A DNA stretch of 64,000 nt from Planctomycetota bacterium (GTDB lineage Bacteria > Planctomycetota > J058), in NCBI GenBank assembly GCA_041402045.1, contig JAWKSZ010000043.1:1-64000 (forward strand), read 5' to 3'. The notes beneath the pieces are model-generated. The model saw only the letters and a program-made list of their open reading frames with translations, was not told where the DNA came from and did not search any database. This document shows positions 37,718-48,054 of this stretch, in pieces. The number at the start of each line of letters is the position of its first letter. Within the stretch, counting starts at the first letter, position 1. A program made the translations under genes and the position numbers.

Positions 37718-37840
37718 CCGGTCCCCACGCGGCGTCTGGCCCGCCGCAGGCGCCGCGGCAGCGGAGGCTGCCGCGGCAGAAACAGCGTCGGTCGGGGTGC
37801 CCGGCGCAGCCCGACGGGCTACACTCAGGGCTGATCTGAC

Positions 37841-40800
37841 GTGGCAAGTCCTTACGACATAACCTTCCTCCGCTTGCTCATGGATCGCCAGTTGGCTCAA
37901 AAGCCGCAGGCGATGCAGTGCATAGCCGAGATCGACTCGCAGGCCCAGCAAGGGCGCACCGTGTCGGCCGCGCAGCTCGTCGTGCAGTTCGGGCTCGTCG
38001 ACGTCGACCTGGCGCGCGAGGTCGACGCCCTCGCGCGCCAGGAGCTCTCGCGGGCCAACGGCGCCAACGGCTCCGGCGCGCCGCCGCCGCCCCCGCCGCT
38101 CCCCGGCGGGCCGCCCCCGGCGCCCGGCGCGCTCCCGCCCACCCCCGGCGCGCTCCCGCCCATGCCCGGCGGGCTGCCCCCGACCCCCGCTGCGCTCCCG
38201 CCCACCCCGGCGGCGCTGCCCCCACGCCGACGACGCTCCCGCCCACCCCCGGCGCGCTCCCGCCGCCCCCCGCCGCGCTCCCCGGGTCCGCCGCCGTCGC
38301 TGCCTCCGGCGCCGGGCGGACTCCGCCCATGCCGGCGCTGCCGCCGACCCCGCCCCGCGCCCCTGGCGTCCGACGACGGCGGCGGCGACGACGAGGCCTA
38401 CTACGCGCTGGAGGGCTCGCTCTCGGGCTACGAGACCGGCCCCAAGCTCGGCCGCGGCCCGGTGGGGACGAGCTACGCCGGCCGCCGCGCCGACGGCTCA
38501 CCGGTGGTGGTCAAGGCGCTGAGCAAGCGCTTCGCCAAGCACCCCGACGTCGTGCGTCAGGTCGAGGACGACCTCTCGCGCTGGAAGGGCTTCGCGCACC
38601 CGACCGCGGTCAGCGTGTTCGACGTCGGCACGAGCAACGAGCGCACGGTGATCGTCTACAGCCGCGCCCGCGGCGAGAACCTGGCGGACCTGATCGAGGC
38701 CACCGGGCCCCTGGCGCCGACCCTCGCCATGCGCGTGGTCTACGACGTGGCCCTGGCGCTGGCCTCGGCCAAGGAGAAGGTCAACCTCGCCTGCGGCGAC
38801 GTGCGCGCGCAGAAGATCTACTTCGACGGGAAGCGCGCGCAGATCGCCGACCTCGGCCAGTGGCGCGCGTCGTGCCTCGGCAACGGCTTCGGCAAGCACG
38901 GGCTGACCTTCGGGCACCCGGCCTACCTGGCGCCCGAGGTCCTGCAGGAGGGGCAGGCCCAGCCCAACCCGTCGGCCGACGTCTACGCGCTGGGGATCCT
39001 GTTCTACGAGCTCCTGTGCGGGCAGCAGCCCTTCCGCGGCGAGGTCGTGGACGTGCTCAGCCAGCACATGGAGGCCCCGCTCCCGCCGCCCCCGGGGGAG
39101 GTGCGCTTCAGCGCCAAGCTCGCCGCGCTGATCCTGCGCATGACCGCCAAGAGCCCTGCCTCCCGGCTCCCCGACGCCGCGGCGGTGGTCGAGTCGATCA
39201 CCGCGCTGCTCGAGGGCAAGGGGCTCCCGCCGCAGCAGGCCAAGGCCAACGCGGTCACCGCCGACGAGTGGGAGAAGACCCAGGCCCAGAACCGCGCCAC
39301 CGGGCGCTGGAGCCGCTCGCGGATCGACGCCGCGCCGGCGATCGGCCCCTCCGAGCTCGGGCGCGCCATGGACCTCGGCGCCGCGAGCTCGGTCAGCGGC
39401 ATGCTGCCCTCGACGGTCCGGCCCAAGGAGGCCGGGGTCGAGATCTCGCTGGGCAAGAAGATCGGCCGAGGGAGCGCGGGCACCGCCTACGAGGGCACCC
39501 ACACCAAGTTCCCGGGCAAGCTCGCGATCAAGGTGCTCACCAAGCGCTTCGCCCAGCACCAGGACCTGCTGGCGGAGATCAAGGGCGGGCTGCGGCGCGT
39601 GGTCGGGGTCAAGCTCCCGGGGGTCGTGCCGGTCCTCGCGCTCGAGGAGTCCGGCGGCCGCGACCTGGTGGTCTCGCCCCTGATCCCGCATGCCCAGAGC
39701 CTGCGCCAGCGGCTCGAGACCCAGGGCGCGTTCCTGCCCTCGGTCGCCACCGGGTTCATGAAGGCCGTGGTCCAGGCGCTGGCCGCCGCGGACCGCGCCG
39801 GGCTGCACCACGGCGACCTGCGCCCGGACAAGATCCTGGTCGACGGCGAGGGCCAGGCGCACCTCGTGGACTTCGGCCTCGCGCGCGCGTCGTGCTTGGG
39901 CGCGGGCTACGGCAAGGTCGGCCTGCCCTTCGGGCACCCGGAATACCTCGCCCCCGAGGTCGTGCAGGAGTCCCGCAAGCAGCCCTCCCGCGAGTCGGAC
40001 ATGTACTCGCTGGGGATCACCTACTACGAGCTGATCTGCGGGCGCGCGCCGTATCAGAGCCCGGACCTCAAGGAGATCCTGCGCCAGCACCTCGAGGAGC
40101 CGCTGCCGCGCCCGCCGGACGAGGTCAGCCTGCCCGGCGCCGTGGCCAACCTGATCACGGCCCTGACCCACAAGAACCCCGAGGTCCGCCCCGAGACCTG
40201 GGAGGAGGTCCAGCAGGAGCTCGAGAGCTGCCTGGGCCTGGACGGCTCGGCCTTCGACCGCCCCTCGGCGCAGATCGAGGAGTTCGACCCCCTCGCCGAC
40301 GACGACGAGCCCCTGGTCGAGGTGTGGGAGCAGACCTCCGAGATCCTGGCCAAGCCCGCGATCGCCTGGGACAAGTCCAAGATCACCCAGCCCAAGCGCG
40401 TCGGCCCCGACGACCTCGCCGCGGGCACGGTCGACCTCGCCGCGAGCGAGGGCGAGAACCTCGTGGCCGCGGCGATCAAGGCCGCCGCCGCCAGCGAGAA
40501 CCCCGCGACCAGCAGCACCCGCAAGCGCGGCAAGCCCAAGGCCAAGGGCGCTGCGGCGGGCGGCGGCAAGGACGAGGGCGGCGGCAACGGCAAGCAGCTC
40601 GTGCTCGCGCTGGTCGGGCTCCTGGGCGTCGTGGGCGTGATCGCGTTCCTGGCCCTGGGCAGCGGGGACGGCGGCGGCAGCGGCAAGCCCCCCAAGCCCA
40701 ACCCCAACGGCGGCGGCACGGGCGGCGGCGGCACCGGCGGCACCGGCGGCGGGGGCACGGACAAGCCGCCCCCCGAGACCCCCGACGCCTCGAAGTGGGC

Positions 40801-41548
40801 CCAGGTCGCCAAGGACCTCGAGCGCGAGGTCGAGAGCCAGCTCCGCTCGGAGGACTACAAGGACGCCCTCGACGCGCTGAAGGAGGTCTCCTCCGAGGCG
40901 CTCAAGCAGGGCGTCGTCAGCGACGCGGTCAACCGGCTGAAGACCGAGGTCGACGGGCGCTACCGCGACGCGCTGGCCAAGGCCGAGAGCACGCTGCTCG
41001 AGCACGTGCGCCAGGGTCGCGTGCGCGACGCCCACCGCGTCGCCGGCCGCGTCGCCGGCTGGGCGGTGAACCCGGACGACGCCAAGGCGCTCAAGGAGCG
41101 GATCGACCAGGAGCTGCGCACCATGCACGGCGTGGTCGCCGAGCTCGCTCCCCGACGCGCCCCAAGGTCTCGCAGCTCGAGGAGCGCCTGCGCGAGACCC
41201 TCGCCGGCTGGAAGGAGTACGAGTCGAGCTGCCTCGCCTTCGAGGGCGGCGGCGTGGTGGTGCGTTACCCCGACGGCGGCGGCTCGGCCCCCGACGACTG
41301 GGAGGTGCTCCAGGGCGAGGCCCCCAAGCTCGACACGCTGCCCAGCGGCGGGCGCGGGCTGCGCCTGTTCGCCGCGGCGGAGCCCACGATCCTGCGCTTC
41401 AAGCTCCCGTTCAGGAAGCTGGTCGACGTGCGCCTCAAGTTCGTGCTCGGCGCCGAGGCCAAGCCGGGCTCGCGGTTCACCGTGGTGCCCCTGCTCGAGG
41501 ACCCCGGCGACAAGGGCGGCGGCCTCGACTGGGGCCTCTACGCCATGA
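37841..41548 (+). CDS. membrane-anchored tandem kinase-like protein: two degenerate Ser/Thr kinase domains, proline-rich repeat linker, TM helix, Gly-rich segment
   Basis: Domain 1 lacks HRD and DFG (CGDVRAQKIYF and DLG). Domain 2 has HHGDLRPDKILV and DFG. A frame change near 41153 lets the extracytoplasmic C-terminal domain continue to 41829. Confidence 0.75.
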   Translation: MASPYDITFLRLLMDRQLAQKPQAMQCIAEIDSQAQQGRTVSAAQLVVQFGLVDVDLAREVDALARQELSRANGANGSGAPPPPPPLPGGPPPAPGALPPTPGALPPMPGGLPPTPAALPPTPAALPPRRRRSRPPPARSRRPPPRSPGPPPSLPPAPGGLRPCRRCRRPRPAPLASDDGGGDDEAYYALEGSLSGYETGPKLGRGPVGTSYAGRRADGSPVVVKALSKRFAKHPDVVRQVEDDLSRWKGFAHPTAVSVFDVGTSNERTVIVYSRARGENLADLIEATGPLAPTLAMRVVYDVALALASAKEKVNLACGDVRAQKIYFDGKRAQIADLGQWRASCLGNGFGKHGLTFGHPAYLAPEVLQEGQAQPNPSADVYALGILFYELLCGQQPFRGEVVDVLSQHMEAPLPPPPGEVRFSAKLAALILRMTAKSPASRLPDAAAVVESITALLEGKGLPPQQAKANAVTADEWEKTQAQNRATGRWSRSRIDAAPAIGPSELGRAMDLGAASSVSGMLPSTVRPKEAGVEISLGKKIGRGSAGTAYEGTHTKFPGKLAIKVLTKRFAQHQDLLAEIKGGLRRVVGVKLPGVVPVLALEESGGRDLVVSPLIPHAQSLRQRLETQGAFLPSVATGFMKAVVQALAAADRAGLHHGDLRPDKILVDGEGQAHLVDFGLARASCLGAGYGKVGLPFGHPEYLAPEVVQESRKQPSRESDMYSLGITYYELICGRAPYQSPDLKEILRQHLEEPLPRPPDEVSLPGAVANLITALTHKNPEVRPETWEEVQQELESCLGLDGSAFDRPSAQIEEFDPLADDDEPLVEVWEQTSEILAKPAIAWDKSKITQPKRVGPDDLAAGTVDLAASEGENLVAAAIKAAAASENPATSSTRKRGKPKAKGAAAGGGKDEGGGNGKQLVLALVGLLGVVGVIAFLALGSGDGGGSGKPPKPNPNGGGTGGGGTGGTGGGGTDKPPPETPDASKWAQVAKDLEREVESQLRSEDYKDALDALKEVSSEALKQGVVSDAVNRLKTEVDGRYRDALAKAESTLLEHVRQGRVRDAHRVAGRVAGWAVNPDDAKALKERIDQELRTMHGVVAELAPRRAPRSRSSRSACARPSPAGRSTSRAASPSRAAAWWCVTPTAAARPPTTGRCSRARPPSSTRCPAAGAGCACSPRRSPRSCASSSRSGSWSTCASSSCSAPRPSRARGSPWCPCSRTPATRAAASTGASTP

Positions 41549-41829
41549 GCTTCAACGGCCGGCGCAAGACCCTCGACGCCAAGCGCACCGGGCAGCGCGA
41601 CCTGAAGCTGCTCCCGGCGTTGGAGCCGCTCGAGATCAAGCTGGTCGTCCCCGGCAACAAGGCCACGGGCGCCCTGATCCCGGCCAAGGGCCGCGCGACC
41701 AAGGGCGATGCCCAGATCGACGTCGACCCCAAGGGCGGCTACGTGACCCTGGTCCTGGTCGACACCGAGCTGTGGCTGACCGACCTGGAGCTGCGCGGGC
41801 TGTTCGACCTCGCGCGGACCGCCAAGTGA
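41150..41829 (+). CDS. C-terminal domain fragment of the tandem kinase-like protein (out of frame relative to 37841..41548)
   Basis: Natural-composition tail PKVSQLEERLRETLAGWKEYE...LFDLARTAK in frame +2. Best explained by a single-base deletion in a CCCC run near 41153. Confidence 0.5.
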
Positions 41830-41842
41830 GCGCCGCGACGGC

Positions 41843-43166
41843 ATGAGCCAGACGGTGGGTCCGATCGAGCTCCCCCGCAACTCGCGGGTGGTCCTCCTGA
41901 GCCTCGTCCCGGGGCTGGGGCACTTCTACCTCGACCGCTTCGCCATGGGCTCGCTCCTGTTCGCGGGCTTCGTGACCGCGCTCAACGCGTGGTTCCTGGG
42001 GAGCATGCTGCACTCGCTGGAGAACCCCGAGCTCCTGCGCAACGTGGCCGGGGTGACCGTGGTCCTGATCTGGGCGGCGGGCATGTATCACGCCTACCGC
42101 CTGTCCTACGGCACCGACCGCGTGGCCCTGGCCAAGGAGCGCCGCGAGCTGATCCGGCGCGCGCTGATCCACTACCTGCGCGACGAGCTGGAGGAGGCGC
42201 GCAAGCTCCTGGCCCACGCCGTGGACCTGGACGTGGACTGGGTCGACCCGGACCCGTTGTTCCACCTGGGGGTGGTCCTGGCGCGGCTCGCGGAGCGCGC
42301 GGCGCTGCGCAGCGCGAGCGAGGCCCGCGGGCTGCGGCGGCGCGCGCTGAGCGTTCAAGGCCTGCCAGAGCCGGGACCCCGACGACAAGTGGGCGCGCGA
42401 GATCGCCGTCGAGAGCCGCCGGCTCTCGCGGCGCGAGTCGCGCCGCCAGCGCGACACCTCGTCCTTGAACGTGCAGGCGTCGCTCCCCTTGGGCGGCGAG
42501 TCGACGGACATGCTGCCCGCCCTGGCCCAGCTCTCGCAGTCGGGGGAGCACCTGGTGGTGGGCAAGGCCCTGGAGCGGGCCCCGCCCGATGACCCCGGAG
42601 CCCGAGACCGAGCCCGAGCTCGAGCGAAGCCGAGGCGCCCGCCGCTCAGGAGAGCGACGCCGAGCGCTATCCGTCCGAGTCCGCGGCGTTCCGCAAGCTC
42701 CCTGTTCGGCGACGGCAAGGCGCCGCCGGTCGAGGTCGACCTGATCGACCCCGAGGACTCGCTCCCGCCGAACCGCCCGCGCTCGCGGCGCCTGACCAGC
42801 CGGCGCCTGGCCAAGGCGCGGCTGCTGGAGCGGCTGGAGAGCGAGACCGAGCTGGAGGCCGTCGACGACGCCCCCGGGAGCGTGCCCCCGCGCCTGAGCG
42901 AGGAGGCCGCGCGCGCGCCGACGGCGTCCTACGGCGTGGCCGCTCCGGACGAGGCCGAGACCGAGGCCTGGAGGGCGAGCGACGAGCTCGACGCGAGCGG
43001 GGACGCCGAGGTCGACCCCTCCGCCGACGCCGAGGAGATCCTGGAGCCCGACGCCCTGGACGAGCTCGACGCGCCCCCGGCGGCGCCAGACGACGACCCC
43101 GAGGACGCGACCTCCGCGACCTCCCCCCCCAACCGGCCGAGCGGCCGGAGAGAGGACGAACCGTGA
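41843..43166 (+). CDS. membrane/TPR-like protein with acidic C-terminal region; frame-disrupted at about 4 positions (about 42350, 42596, 42630, 42697)
   Basis: ORFs 41843..42592 and 42465..43166 plus two short out-of-frame segments all have high third-position GC only in alternating frames. The terminal frame is translationally coupled to purF. Confidence 0.55.
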
Positions 43167-44584
43167 GCGCCGAGGACGCCCCGCGCGAGGCCTGCGGGCT
43201 GTTCGGAGTCCACGGGGACCCCGAAGCCGTAGCCAAGACCTACTACGGCCTGTTCGCGCTCCAGCACCGCGGGCAGGAGAGCGCCGGGATCGCCAGCGTC
43301 GTGGAGGGCGAGATCGTGCGCCACCGCGGCATGGGCACGGTCCCCAACGTGTTCGACACCGCGACCCTCGAGCGCCTGCGCAGCTCGATCGCGATCGGGC
43401 ACACCCGCTACTCGACCACCGGGAAGAGCAGCCTGGTCAACGCCCAGCCCCTGGCGGCCAACACGCGCTGGGGCAGCTTCGCGGTGGCCCACAACGGGAA
43501 CCTGGTGAACGCCCCCGAGCTGCGCCAGCGCTTCGAGGAGGCGGGCTCGATCTTCCAGACCACCGCGGACAGCGAGGTCGTGCTGCACCTCCTGGCCCAG
43601 GCCAGCGGGACCCCGGACCCCGTGGCCCGGGTCGTCGAGGCCTGCCGCGAGCTGCAGGGCGCCTACTCGCTCTTGTTCCTGACCCCGGACGCCATGATCG
43701 GGGTGCGCGACCCTCAGGGCCTGCGCCCGCTGTGGCTGGGTCGCACCGCCGACGGCGCCTACGCCTTCGCGTCCGAGACCCCGGCCTTCGACCTCACCCG
43801 GATCGAGGCCGTGCGCGAGGTCCCCCCGGGGACGGCGGTCGTGGTCGACGCCCAGGGGGTGCGCGAGCTGCGCTTCGCCGACCCCCAGCCAGCCCAGTGC
43901 ATGTTCGAGCACGTCTACTTCTCGCGGCCCGACGGTGTGGTGTTCGGCGACCCCGTCGAGCAGGTGCGGATCGAGCTGGGTCGCGTCCTGGCCCGGGAGC
44001 ACCCGGCGGACGCCGACCTCGTGATCGCGATCCCCGACTCGGGCAACGCCGCGGCGCTGGGCTTCAGCCGCGAGAGCGGGATCCCCCTGGGGCACGGGTT
44101 CATTCGCAACCACTACGTGGGCCGCAGCTTCATGCAGCCCTCCCAGGAGTCGCGAGCGCTGGTCGCGGACCTCAAGCTGAACGTGGTGCGCTGGGCGGTC
44201 GAGGGCAAGCGGGTGGTCGTCGTCGACGACTCGGTGGTGCGCGGCACGACGGCGCGCAACCGCTGCCGCTACCTGCGCCAGGCCGGCGCGCGGGAGGTGC
44301 ACCTGCGGGTGAGCTGCCCCCCGATCCGCTTCCCCTGCTTCTACGGCGTCGACTTCCAGTCCAAGGGCGAGCTGATCGCCTCGGGGAACTCCCTGGACGC
44401 GATCGCGCAGAAGCTCGAGGTCGACTCCCTGGGCTACCTCTCGGTGGAGGGCATGCTCTCCACCGTCAGCGGCCCGCCCGGCCACTACTGCACCGCCTGC
44501 TGGTCCGGGGACTACCCGGTCCCGATCCCTGAGGGGCTGGGCAAGAAGAGCTGCGGCGAGCTGCCCCTGCCCTCGCGCACCTGA
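43163..44584 (+). CDS. purF: amidophosphoribosyltransferase (glutamine PRPP amidotransferase), B. subtilis type with N-terminal propeptide and Fe-S Cys ligands
   Basis: Propeptide then CGLFGV (the catalytic Cys). PRTase motif VVVVDDSVVRGTT. C-terminal CTACWSGDYP. GTG start overlaps the upstream stop (GTGA). Confidence 0.9.
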   Translation: MSAEDAPREACGLFGVHGDPEAVAKTYYGLFALQHRGQESAGIASVVEGEIVRHRGMGTVPNVFDTATLERLRSSIAIGHTRYSTTGKSSLVNAQPLAANTRWGSFAVAHNGNLVNAPELRQRFEEAGSIFQTTADSEVVLHLLAQASGTPDPVARVVEACRELQGAYSLLFLTPDAMIGVRDPQGLRPLWLGRTADGAYAFASETPAFDLTRIEAVREVPPGTAVVVDAQGVRELRFADPQPAQCMFEHVYFSRPDGVVFGDPVEQVRIELGRVLAREHPADADLVIAIPDSGNAAALGFSRESGIPLGHGFIRNHYVGRSFMQPSQESRALVADLKLNVVRWAVEGKRVVVVDDSVVRGTTARNRCRYLRQAGAREVHLRVSCPPIRFPCFYGVDFQSKGELIASGNSLDAIAQKLEVDSLGYLSVEGMLSTVSGPPGHYCTACWSGDYPVPIPEGLGKKSCGELPLPSRT

Positions 44585-44615
44585 GGCCCGGGCTCGAACG
44601 CGACCCTCGAAGTGG

Positions 44616-45560
44616 ATGATAGCGCCGCGCTGCGGCGCGGGTCACGGTGCAGGCATGCACGACGCCGACGCACTGCCCTGCTCCGCCTGCGGAGCCCACG
44701 TTCACGCCCGCCGCACGCGCTGCCCGCACTGCGGCGCCCCGCTGGGCGCCTCGGGAGGAGCGAGCTGGACCCCGCAGGCGCGCCCAGGCCCTCGCGGCGC
44801 GGGCGGGGGCTCGCCGCTGGTCCCGATCGTCCTCGGCCTCGCGGCGCTGGGGGTCCTGGCTCTGGTGGCTGCGGCGCTCCGCCCCCGTCCGCGGCGGGTG
44901 CCGCCCGGTCCTCCTCCGGCGCTGGCGGGCTCGATCCTGCGTCCGGTGTTCCACACCCGCAGCGAAGGTCCGATCGAGGCGGGGACGGCCTTCGTGGTTC
45001 GGGTGCCCGGGCTCGAGCGCAACGTGCTGCTCACCGCGCTGCACCTCCTGGGCCCCGACGGCGGCATGTCGCGCGCGGTCCCCGCTGCCGAGGTCTCGGC
45101 GGAGGTCGAGGCCGTGAGCCTCACCGACGCCTTCACGGGCTACGGGGCGTTCGAGGCCGAGGAGGCGATCCTGATCCCCTCGGCGAGCCTCGCCTCGAAC
45201 AGCACGCCGGGGGACGTGCTCGCGTTCTGGGTGGCGCGGGGCGAGGGGAGCCCGCTGACCCTGGCCCCCGAGGCGGCGCGAGTCGGGCAGAGGGTGTGGC
45301 TCTCGGCCAAGCTCGTCGACGGCAGCGACACGCAGCTCCACCCCGCGCGCGTCGTCGAGCTCGCTCCCGGGACGTTCTACTACGAGTACCTCGGGCGCGG
45401 CCCGGAGCTCCAGGCGACCAGTGGCGCGCCCGTGCTCGACGGCGCGGGAGAGGTCGTGGGGATCAACCTCGGCGGTGGGGTGTACGAGGGCAAGCCCTTC
45501 GGCATGGGCAACCCGATCGACAACTGGCGCCCCGCCCTGGAGCGCGCGCTCGCGCGCTGA
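44616..45560 (+). CDS. trypsin-like (S1/DegP-like) serine protease with N-terminal zinc-ribbon and TM anchor
   Basis: CSACG...CPHCG zinc ribbon, then TM. Catalytic His near LLTALHLL and Ser in TSGAPVLD. An alternative start is ATG 44655. Confidence 0.7.
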   Translation: MIAPRCGAGHGAGMHDADALPCSACGAHVHARRTRCPHCGAPLGASGGASWTPQARPGPRGAGGGSPLVPIVLGLAALGVLALVAAALRPRPRRVPPGPPPALAGSILRPVFHTRSEGPIEAGTAFVVRVPGLERNVLLTALHLLGPDGGMSRAVPAAEVSAEVEAVSLTDAFTGYGAFEAEEAILIPSASLASNSTPGDVLAFWVARGEGSPLTLAPEAARVGQRVWLSAKLVDGSDTQLHPARVVELAPGTFYYEYLGRGPELQATSGAPVLDGAGEVVGINLGGGVYEGKPFGMGNPIDNWRPALERALAR

Positions 45561-45573
45561 GCTAGCGGCTCAG

Positions 45574-45605
45574 GCGGCGCGTACGGTCTTCACGTTGACG
45601 AAGGG
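45574..45605. repeat. 30-bp direct repeat copying the 3' end of the aldehyde dehydrogenase gene (second copy 49062..49093)
   Basis: Shared core gtcttcacgttgacgaagg. The pair brackets a lower-GC 3.5-kb segment. Confidence 0.55.
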
Positions 45606-45788
45606 AGCGGCCCGTCGTGATCCGGGGCGACGCCGACATGGCGTTCCCGCGACCCAGCGCCTGCGCGGAGGCCCGGCGCCTTAGGCTCCGCGTGAGGCCT
45701 CGTCCACCAGGCTATGCGGTTCGGCTGGAGCCGGAGGATCTCGTGGCGTCGGGGGAGGACAGCACTCCAGTCGGGGCCAGACAGAGGC

Positions 45789-46610
45789 CTAGAAGGAGGG
45801 GGTGAGCTGTCCCATGGCGCCCCGACGGTAGCGCTGTACCGCCGCTTCCAGCTCGGCAGCACTCGTCATGGCGAACGGACCGCTCCACATGACGGGCTGC
45901 TCGAGAGGCAGGCCTGCGAAGACGGCGCCTCGCCAAGGGTGTGCGGGCCCGGCCTCCAGCTCGATGCTGTCGTGGCTCCTGCCTAGCAGGAGGACCCCCA
46001 GCCCGCTCAGGGTCACGCCGGCACAAGCGGCGACTCCGCCGATCGAGAACACGAAGGTGTTCGCCCTGGCGACCTCGAGTTCTACCTTTGCTCCGGGGTC
46101 GAGGGAAACGTCGAGGAGGGTCACGGGTGTTTGCAGGTCGGTGAGGGGGGAACACCGACCTGCATGCTCGCCCGCTACCACGCGTACCGTTGCGCCTTGA
46201 TTGGAGAGGCTTGGAATCTCCTCGACGGCGGCGTGGAATGCCCGTGGCTCTGCTGCCTTGTTCTTCAGATCGACGAAGATCTGAAAGCCCCGACACTCAG
46301 TCCCCGGGGATTCGGGGACCTCCTCGTGCATCATGCCAGCGCCGGCCTGGGTCCAGTGGACGGATCCCGGTCGAATCCTGCTGTGATCCCCAAAGCTGTC
46401 GCGGTTCACGAAGGCCCCAGGGGATTCGGGCAGCATGTAGGTGACCGCCGAGAACCCTGCGTGGGGGTGGGGCGGGAAGGTCGGCTGCGACATGCGGAAC
46501 AGGTCGACGTTCAAGAACGGGTCGAGGTTCGCCTCACGCCCATGACGAATGCCGGCGCTCTGGAAGCCGGCCGACATGCTTCGCTCGGCGAGTGGAATCC
46601 AACTCGTCAT
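45789..46610 (-). CDS. pirin family protein
   Basis: HPHAGFSAVTYML cupin motif. 273 aa. Confidence 0.85.
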   Translation of the reverse strand: MTSWIPLAERSMSAGFQSAGIRHGREANLDPFLNVDLFRMSQPTFPPHPHAGFSAVTYMLPESPGAFVNRDSFGDHSRIRPGSVHWTQAGAGMMHEEVPESPGTECRGFQIFVDLKNKAAEPRAFHAAVEEIPSLSNQGATVRVVAGEHAGRCSPLTDLQTPVTLLDVSLDPGAKVELEVARANTFVFSIGGVAACAGVTLSGLGVLLLGRSHDSIELEAGPAHPWRGAVFAGLPLEQPVMWSGPFAMTSAAELEAAVQRYRRGAMGQLTPSF

Positions 46611-47518
46611 GCACCCCGCTCCAGCTGAGCGACGTAGTCGGCAATCGACATCGGCTCAACGCCCGGAAAGCGGCGGTTGTGCAGCTCAGGCGCCTTCCCC
46701 TTGCCGTTGAGCATGCCCCGCCAATACATCAGCGACAGGTAGCTGAACAGATCCTCCGGAGCGGCGGCCTGCCGCTCAGCGATCGTGCGGTCGAGGTCGG
46801 CGAGCGAACCACGACGAACGATCTCGAGGGGCTCTCCAGTGCCGCGTTCGATCTCGCGCGCCAGGCCCGCAACGTCGAGAACCGCGCCGGATACAAAGAG
46901 GCGGTCGGGAACTTCGCCTTCGGCCAGGAGCGCCTCCGCCGTGAACGCCGCCGTGTCGCGAAAGGTGGTGAAGTCCATGGGCTCGAGGCCGTCGCCCCAC
47001 AGCTCGAGCTTGCTGGAGGCTAGGTCCACGGCGCCAAGGAAGCCGAAGAGCACCTCGCGATCGATGAAACACCCGTTCATGACGTGAACGACTTGGACCT
47101 CGCCAGCCACACCGACCGCTGCCTCGGCAAACTCTCGCCGCCAATCCGAGTTTGGGTTGTCCCCCGGTGCGAGCGCGAAGAAGTTGAACGAGAAGTCGGA
47201 GGGAAAGAAGCGTCTCACGCCTTGCTCTTCGCAGGCCTGAAGCAGGGCTAGCTGGCCGTCGACGATCGTCTCGGGGCCGCCCTGCACCGCGGACACGACC
47301 CCCATGGCTCCAGCGCACACGGCGCCCAGCGTATTGGGGTCGCTCAAGTCCGCAGAGACGACTTCGACGCGCTCGGGCCAGGCGTCTGCGACGGTCCCCT
47401 CGCGCCCAGGCCGCACGACCGCGCGGACGTGGGCACCCCGGCGCAAGAGCTCGTCGACCAGCAAACTGCCTAGTTTGCCGTTGGCACCGACGACCGAAAC
47501 CGTATTCGAGTCGCTCAT
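46607..47518 (-). CDS. NmrA-like NAD(P)-binding protein
   Basis: VVGANGKLG Rossmann motif. 4-nt overlap with the pirin gene. Confidence 0.8.
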   Translation of the reverse strand: MSDSNTVSVVGANGKLGSLLVDELLRRGAHVRAVVRPGREGTVADAWPERVEVVSADLSDPNTLGAVCAGAMGVVSAVQGGPETIVDGQLALLQACEEQGVRRFFPSDFSFNFFALAPGDNPNSDWRREFAEAAVGVAGEVQVVHVMNGCFIDREVLFGFLGAVDLASSKLELWGDGLEPMDFTTFRDTAAFTAEALLAEGEVPDRLFVSGAVLDVAGLAREIERGTGEPLEIVRRGSLADLDRTIAERQAAAPEDLFSYLSLMYWRGMLNGKGKAPELHNRRFPGVEPMSIADYVAQLERGA

Positions 47519-47952
47519 CCGTTCCCTTCCATGAGCTTCTGGAACCCGGGGTCGACATCCATGCTACGGCTACGGAAACGCCAGCCTTGCGCCGTCTTCT
47601 CCGCGACGCTGTCGCGGTAGATCGCTGTGGCAACGATGTGTGGGACGTCGACGACCTCCATGACAACCATGTAAGTGGTGACCAGCGCTTGGTTGGGCAG
47701 TTCACCTGGACGAATGATCACGTTGCCGAGCAGGTGTCGCTTGCCGATGGCCATGCCGCGGTGGACGTGCTCGTCCTCGAACTCCCGGATCGCCGCACGA
47801 CCTTGGAAGTTCCCGAAGGCGCTGTTGAACGTGATGTCGTCGTCCTCGACCCAGCAGTCCATGAAGCCGTCGACGTCTTTCTCGTCGGTGGACACGTAGT
47901 AGCGGGCGCAGAGGTCTTGGATCTCGAGGCGGTCAAGTGCAGACAGGGGCAT
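47515..47952 (-). CDS. SnoaL-like / NTF2-like domain protein
   Basis: Start MPLSALDRL with GGAAGGAGAG RBS. 4-nt overlap with the NmrA gene. Confidence 0.7.
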   Translation of the reverse strand: MPLSALDRLEIQDLCARYYVSTDEKDVDGFMDCWVEDDDITFNSAFGNFQGRAAIREFEDEHVHRGMAIGKRHLLGNVIIRPGELPNQALVTTYMVVMEVVDVPHIVATAIYRDSVAEKTAQGWRFRSRSMDVDPGFQKLMEGNG

Positions 47953-48054
47953 AGGGGCTCTCCTTCCGGGGCCTGGTTCAATCGCAAGGCTAGTCCGCCC
48001 GTCAGGCGGGACAATGGGCCCGTAAGCTGACACACTGTCAACGTGAGTGAGCAT

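Noticed and set aside
33854-37951. 1,365-aa minus-strand ORF
   Set aside because: Antisense to the TPR/HExxH gene, with a low-complexity translation.
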